Shown piece after piece: positions 4,002 to 6,171 of a stretch of DNA of 6,171 bases. Origin of the DNA: an uncultured Gammaproteobacteria bacterium (lineage in GTDB: Bacteria; Patescibacteriota; Microgenomatia; Daviesbacterales; UBA10151); the NCBI GenBank assembly GCA_964522265.1, contig CAZFVS010000064.1, forward strand, positions 1 through 6,171, written 5' to 3'. Both the position numbers and the translations under genes were made by a program. The first letter of the stretch is position 1. Each line of letters opens with the position of its first letter. A model generated the notes under the pieces. That model saw only the letters and a program-made list of their open reading frames with translations. It was not told where the DNA came from and made no database searches.

Positions 4002-4613
4002 TTACGAACCTTGACCAAAGCGGATTTTAGAGATCAGTTCTTCAATTTGAGTGGAAAAATCATCCCTGCTTGATGCAGGAGAGTTATCTGAAGAAACTCT
4101 GTGGGTGATATCCAGCGGCGGTTTCAAAATACACCAATGGTATTTGGTGTAACCTGCGATAGAAGCTTTGGAGCGGATTACTTGAATATCCCCAAGATTG
4201 ACAGTTTCTGTAGAATCCTTCAGACAGGTTGTCACATCCGTTAAAATGGTCATGGGTTTTTGTGCCACTTCACACTTCACGCTTTTTATGTCTGTACTGT
4301 TTGTGGGATCAAGCTCAAAATTTAGAGAATTACCGCATGTTAAAAGGCCCCATTTCTCGGGATAAAAAATTTGGAACCCTGCTCCCCGGTATGTTTTAGT
4401 ACCTGGCATCTTACCATTAGTCTGTAAGGAGGGGGAAGGCGCCAAAGAAGATTTGGCCACAGCAGTAGCCGAGGGTTTTGCCGTGTTTGATTGGTTGCCT
4501 GTTTTTCTATTCTGAAACCCTTTGACAAAATAAAATATAGTCCCGGAAATAATAGCCAAAAGGATCAGCAATACTGACCCTGTAATCAGTAAAACCTTTG
4601 CTCTCTCATCCAT
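4002..4613 (-). CDS. Membrane-anchored/secreted hypothetical protein, paralog 5 (most divergent, lacks the shared leader module)
   Basis: The supplied ORF (to 4631) begins at a GTG. I prefer the in-frame ATG at 4613 (MDERAKVLLITGSVLLILLAIISGTIFYF), because a -10-like taaaat lies within the GTG-extended part. An S/P/A/T linker follows, then KTYRGAGFQIFYPEKWG, and the protein closes LISKIRFGQGS-stop. The start is uncertain by 6 codons. Confidence 0.8.
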   Translation of the reverse strand: MDERAKVLLITGSVLLILLAIISGTIFYFVKGFQNRKTGNQSNTAKPSATAVAKSSLAPSPSLQTNGKMPGTKTYRGAGFQIFYPEKWGLLTCGNSLNFELDPTNSTDIKSVKCEVAQKPMTILTDVTTCLKDSTETVNLGDIQVIRSKASIAGYTKYHWCILKPPLDITHRVSSDNSPASSRDDFSTQIEELISKIRFGQGS

Positions 4614-4616
4614 GAT

Positions 4617-4651
4617 CTGTAATTTTAGCACAAATTGGGTTAAAATTACAG
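4617..4651. promoter_or_regulatory. 11-bp perfect inverted repeat filling the divergent paralog-5/femAB intergenic region, each arm carrying an outward-facing taaaat
   Basis: ctgtaatttta (4617-4627) is the exact reverse complement of taaaattacag (4641-4651), with a 13-nt spacer. On the plus strand, taaaat (4641-4646) is 6 nt before ATG 4653. On the minus strand, taaaat is 8 nt before ATG 4613. Confidence 0.55.
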
Positions 4652-4652
4652 C

Positions 4653-5678
4653 ATGGATTTAAGGAAGATTCTTGACAGCGAAAGGAATGAATACAATCAA
4701 TTGGTAACCCATGTCATACAAAGCTTTGAATGGGGAGAGTTTAGAAAAAGCTTAGGGCTTCCGCTGCTTAGATATGGCCTCTATAAGAACGGCAAATTAA
4801 CCAAAGCCTTTCAACTAACCCTTCACAAAATCCCATTCTTCAATCAGTACGTAGGCTATCTACCCAAAGGCCCTCTCCCCGATAAAGAACTTGCCCAAGC
4901 CTTAGAACAAATTCAACATTATGTTTTTACGTCTGAAGGGAAAAAGCTTTGCTTCATTAAACTTGAGCCGAATATTGAAGTTACCACATCTTTATTTTCG
5001 GTACATCCTAAATTTTTGCCATCTCCAAAACCTCTTTTCACCAAGTACAACTTCCTGATCGATTTAAAACAATCCGAGAAAAAGCTTTTAGAAAATATGC
5101 ATCCAAAAACCAGATATAATATAAAATTGGCGCAAAAAAAAGGCGTGGTAGTTGAAGAAAGGACTGATGATAAAGCCTTTAAAGTTTACCTGAAACTCTA
5201 TTTTGATACCACCAAAAGACAACATTTTTTAGGGCATGATGAAAATTACCATTATCAGGTCTGGCGAAATTTGAGAGATGCCGGTATGGCCAGGCTGCTG
5301 ATTGGATATTATAAAAAGAGCCCGTTATCTGCATGGATGCTGATTAATTTTAAAGATACCATTTATTATCCGTATGGCGGTTCTGCAACCAAACACAAAG
5401 AGGTTATGGCTTCAAACTTAGTGGCATGGGAAGCAATTAGGTTGGGAAAAAGGTTAGGATGTAAAAAGTTCGATATGTGGGGCGCTGCTAACTCTTCCAA
5501 TCCTAACATCAATGATCAGTATTTTGGTTTCCATACTTTTAAAAAGGGGTACGGAGGAAAATTAGTAGAATATATCGGCACATACGATCTGATTTTCAAT
5601 AACCCCTTGTATTTTATATTTACAACAATAGACAGGCTAACATCACTAAAAGTATTCCTCTTGAGATTGCTTAGATAA
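4653..5678 (+). CDS. FemAB-family peptidoglycan interpeptide-bridge aminoacyltransferase (FemX / lipid II:glycine glycyltransferase-like)
   Basis: 341-aa ORF. The motif order is typical of the FemAB family: QSFEWGEFRKSLG near the N-terminus; HPKTRYNIKLAQKKGV; YYPYGGSATKHKEVMASNLVAWEAIRLGKRLGCKKFDMWG; FGFHTFKKGYGG. Confidence 0.88.
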   Translation: MDLRKILDSERNEYNQLVTHVIQSFEWGEFRKSLGLPLLRYGLYKNGKLTKAFQLTLHKIPFFNQYVGYLPKGPLPDKELAQALEQIQHYVFTSEGKKLCFIKLEPNIEVTTSLFSVHPKFLPSPKPLFTKYNFLIDLKQSEKKLLENMHPKTRYNIKLAQKKGVVVEERTDDKAFKVYLKLYFDTTKRQHFLGHDENYHYQVWRNLRDAGMARLLIGYYKKSPLSAWMLINFKDTIYYPYGGSATKHKEVMASNLVAWEAIRLGKRLGCKKFDMWGAANSSNPNINDQYFGFHTFKKGYGGKLVEYIGTYDLIFNNPLYFIFTTIDRLTSLKVFLLRLLR

Positions 5679-6171
5679 TGGACCTTTTACTTGTTTCAAC
5701 CATTTCAACAGTCGCTATCTGCTTACTCGGTCTTTCCTGGTTTGCCGGATCTGATGCCCCATTTGTGGCAACTAAATTGGATAACATTAAAGATGTTCTA
5801 AGATCAGCCGGATGCGGAAAAAACAGGGTGTTTTATGAGTTAGGCTCCGGGGATGGCAGGGTTGTGATCGAGGCCGCAAAGCTGGGCGCACAGGCAAATG
5901 GCGTAGAACAATCCTGGATCAGAGTGTTGTATTCAAGGTTTAAAGCTTGGCAGTTAGGCTTAGAAGATGCACATTTCTATCATGGCAATATTTTTGATAA
6001 AAACTACTTTCCTGCAGACATCATCTATATCTATCTTCTTTCAAAAGCAGTCCAGAGATTGGAGCAAAAACTAAAAAAAGAGCTGAAAAAAAATTCCGTA
6101 GTTATCACTCAAACTTATCATTTTAAAAACTGGAAACCATATAAAAAAATAGGTAATTTTTGGTTTTACCA
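5678..6171 (+). CDS. Membrane-anchored class I SAM-dependent methyltransferase (3' partial, runs off the window)
   Basis: Absent from the track because there is no stop in the window. I read the frame through with no stop codon. The ATG at 5678 overlaps the femAB TAA (TAATG). It has an N-terminal helix LLLVSTISTVAICLLGLSWF, then APFVAT, then the SAM motif I YELGSGDGRVVIEAAKLG, then GVEQS...SR..AW, and a late LEQKLKKEL...F.NWKP. Confidence 0.8.
   Translation, partial: MDLLLVSTISTVAICLLGLSWFAGSDAPFVATKLDNIKDVLRSAGCGKNRVFYELGSGDGRVVIEAAKLGAQANGVEQSWIRVLYSRFKAWQLGLEDAHFYHGNIFDKNYFPADIIYIYLLSKAVQRLEQKLKKELKKNSVVITQTYHFKNWKPYKKIGNFWFY

Noticed and set aside
71-4631. Diversity-generating retroelement targeting the paralogs
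   Set aside because: No reverse transcriptase is present and no template/variable repeat pair is visible. The C-terminal ends, where DGR variable regions usually lie, are the most conserved part of these proteins.
5135-5142. Homopolymer tracts as phase-variation switches: A8 in femAB; T8 at 2153-2160 in DUF2283; A7-A8 runs in the methyltransferase near 6071-6090
   Set aside because: They encode Lys-rich stretches expected in an AT-rich genome. The lengths are at or below the range usually associated with slipped-strand switching, and all are currently in frame.

Overview
Visibly AT-rich bacterial DNA. No searches could be run, so all family names come from motif recognition. The protein style and tightly overlapping small genes suggest a Patescibacteria/CPR-like genome (inference). 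The minus strand from 71 to 4631 holds five tandem, strongly diverged paralogs of a membrane-anchored or secreted protein. Each has an N-terminal helix, a low-complexity linker, a W-x-TY...YP domain and a [ST]FKF C-terminus. This array is interrupted by a plus-strand hicB/hicA toxin-antitoxin pair (841-1219) and a DUF2283-like gene (2091-2351). The plus strand from 4653 onward carries a FemAB-family peptidoglycan bridge transferase. Its stop overlaps (TAATG) the start of a membrane-anchored SAM-dependent methyltransferase that runs off the window. The main unexplained signal is at the 5' ends of four paralogs. They share a portable-looking leader module: aatttATG plus codons for HFDFAQCKQKG, 49/50 nt identical between two otherwise diverged genes. 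Downstream of it sit GC-rich palindromes of 0, 21, 21 and 42 nt, inserted in frame at the same Gly|Phe codon junction just before the hydrophobic helix. A related orphan repeat core and a 10-bp perfect inverted repeat lie in the hicA/paralog-2 intergenic region. No gene has a Shine-Dalgarno-like sequence. Five genes that head a gene cluster (presumed transcription units) have a -10-like hexamer exactly 6 nt before the ATG, the geometry of leaderless mRNAs; a sixth (4002-4613) has an 8-nt spacer. All internal genes are coupled by overlapping or near-overlapping stop and start codons. No rRNA, tRNA, CRISPR array, transposase or integrase is visible.
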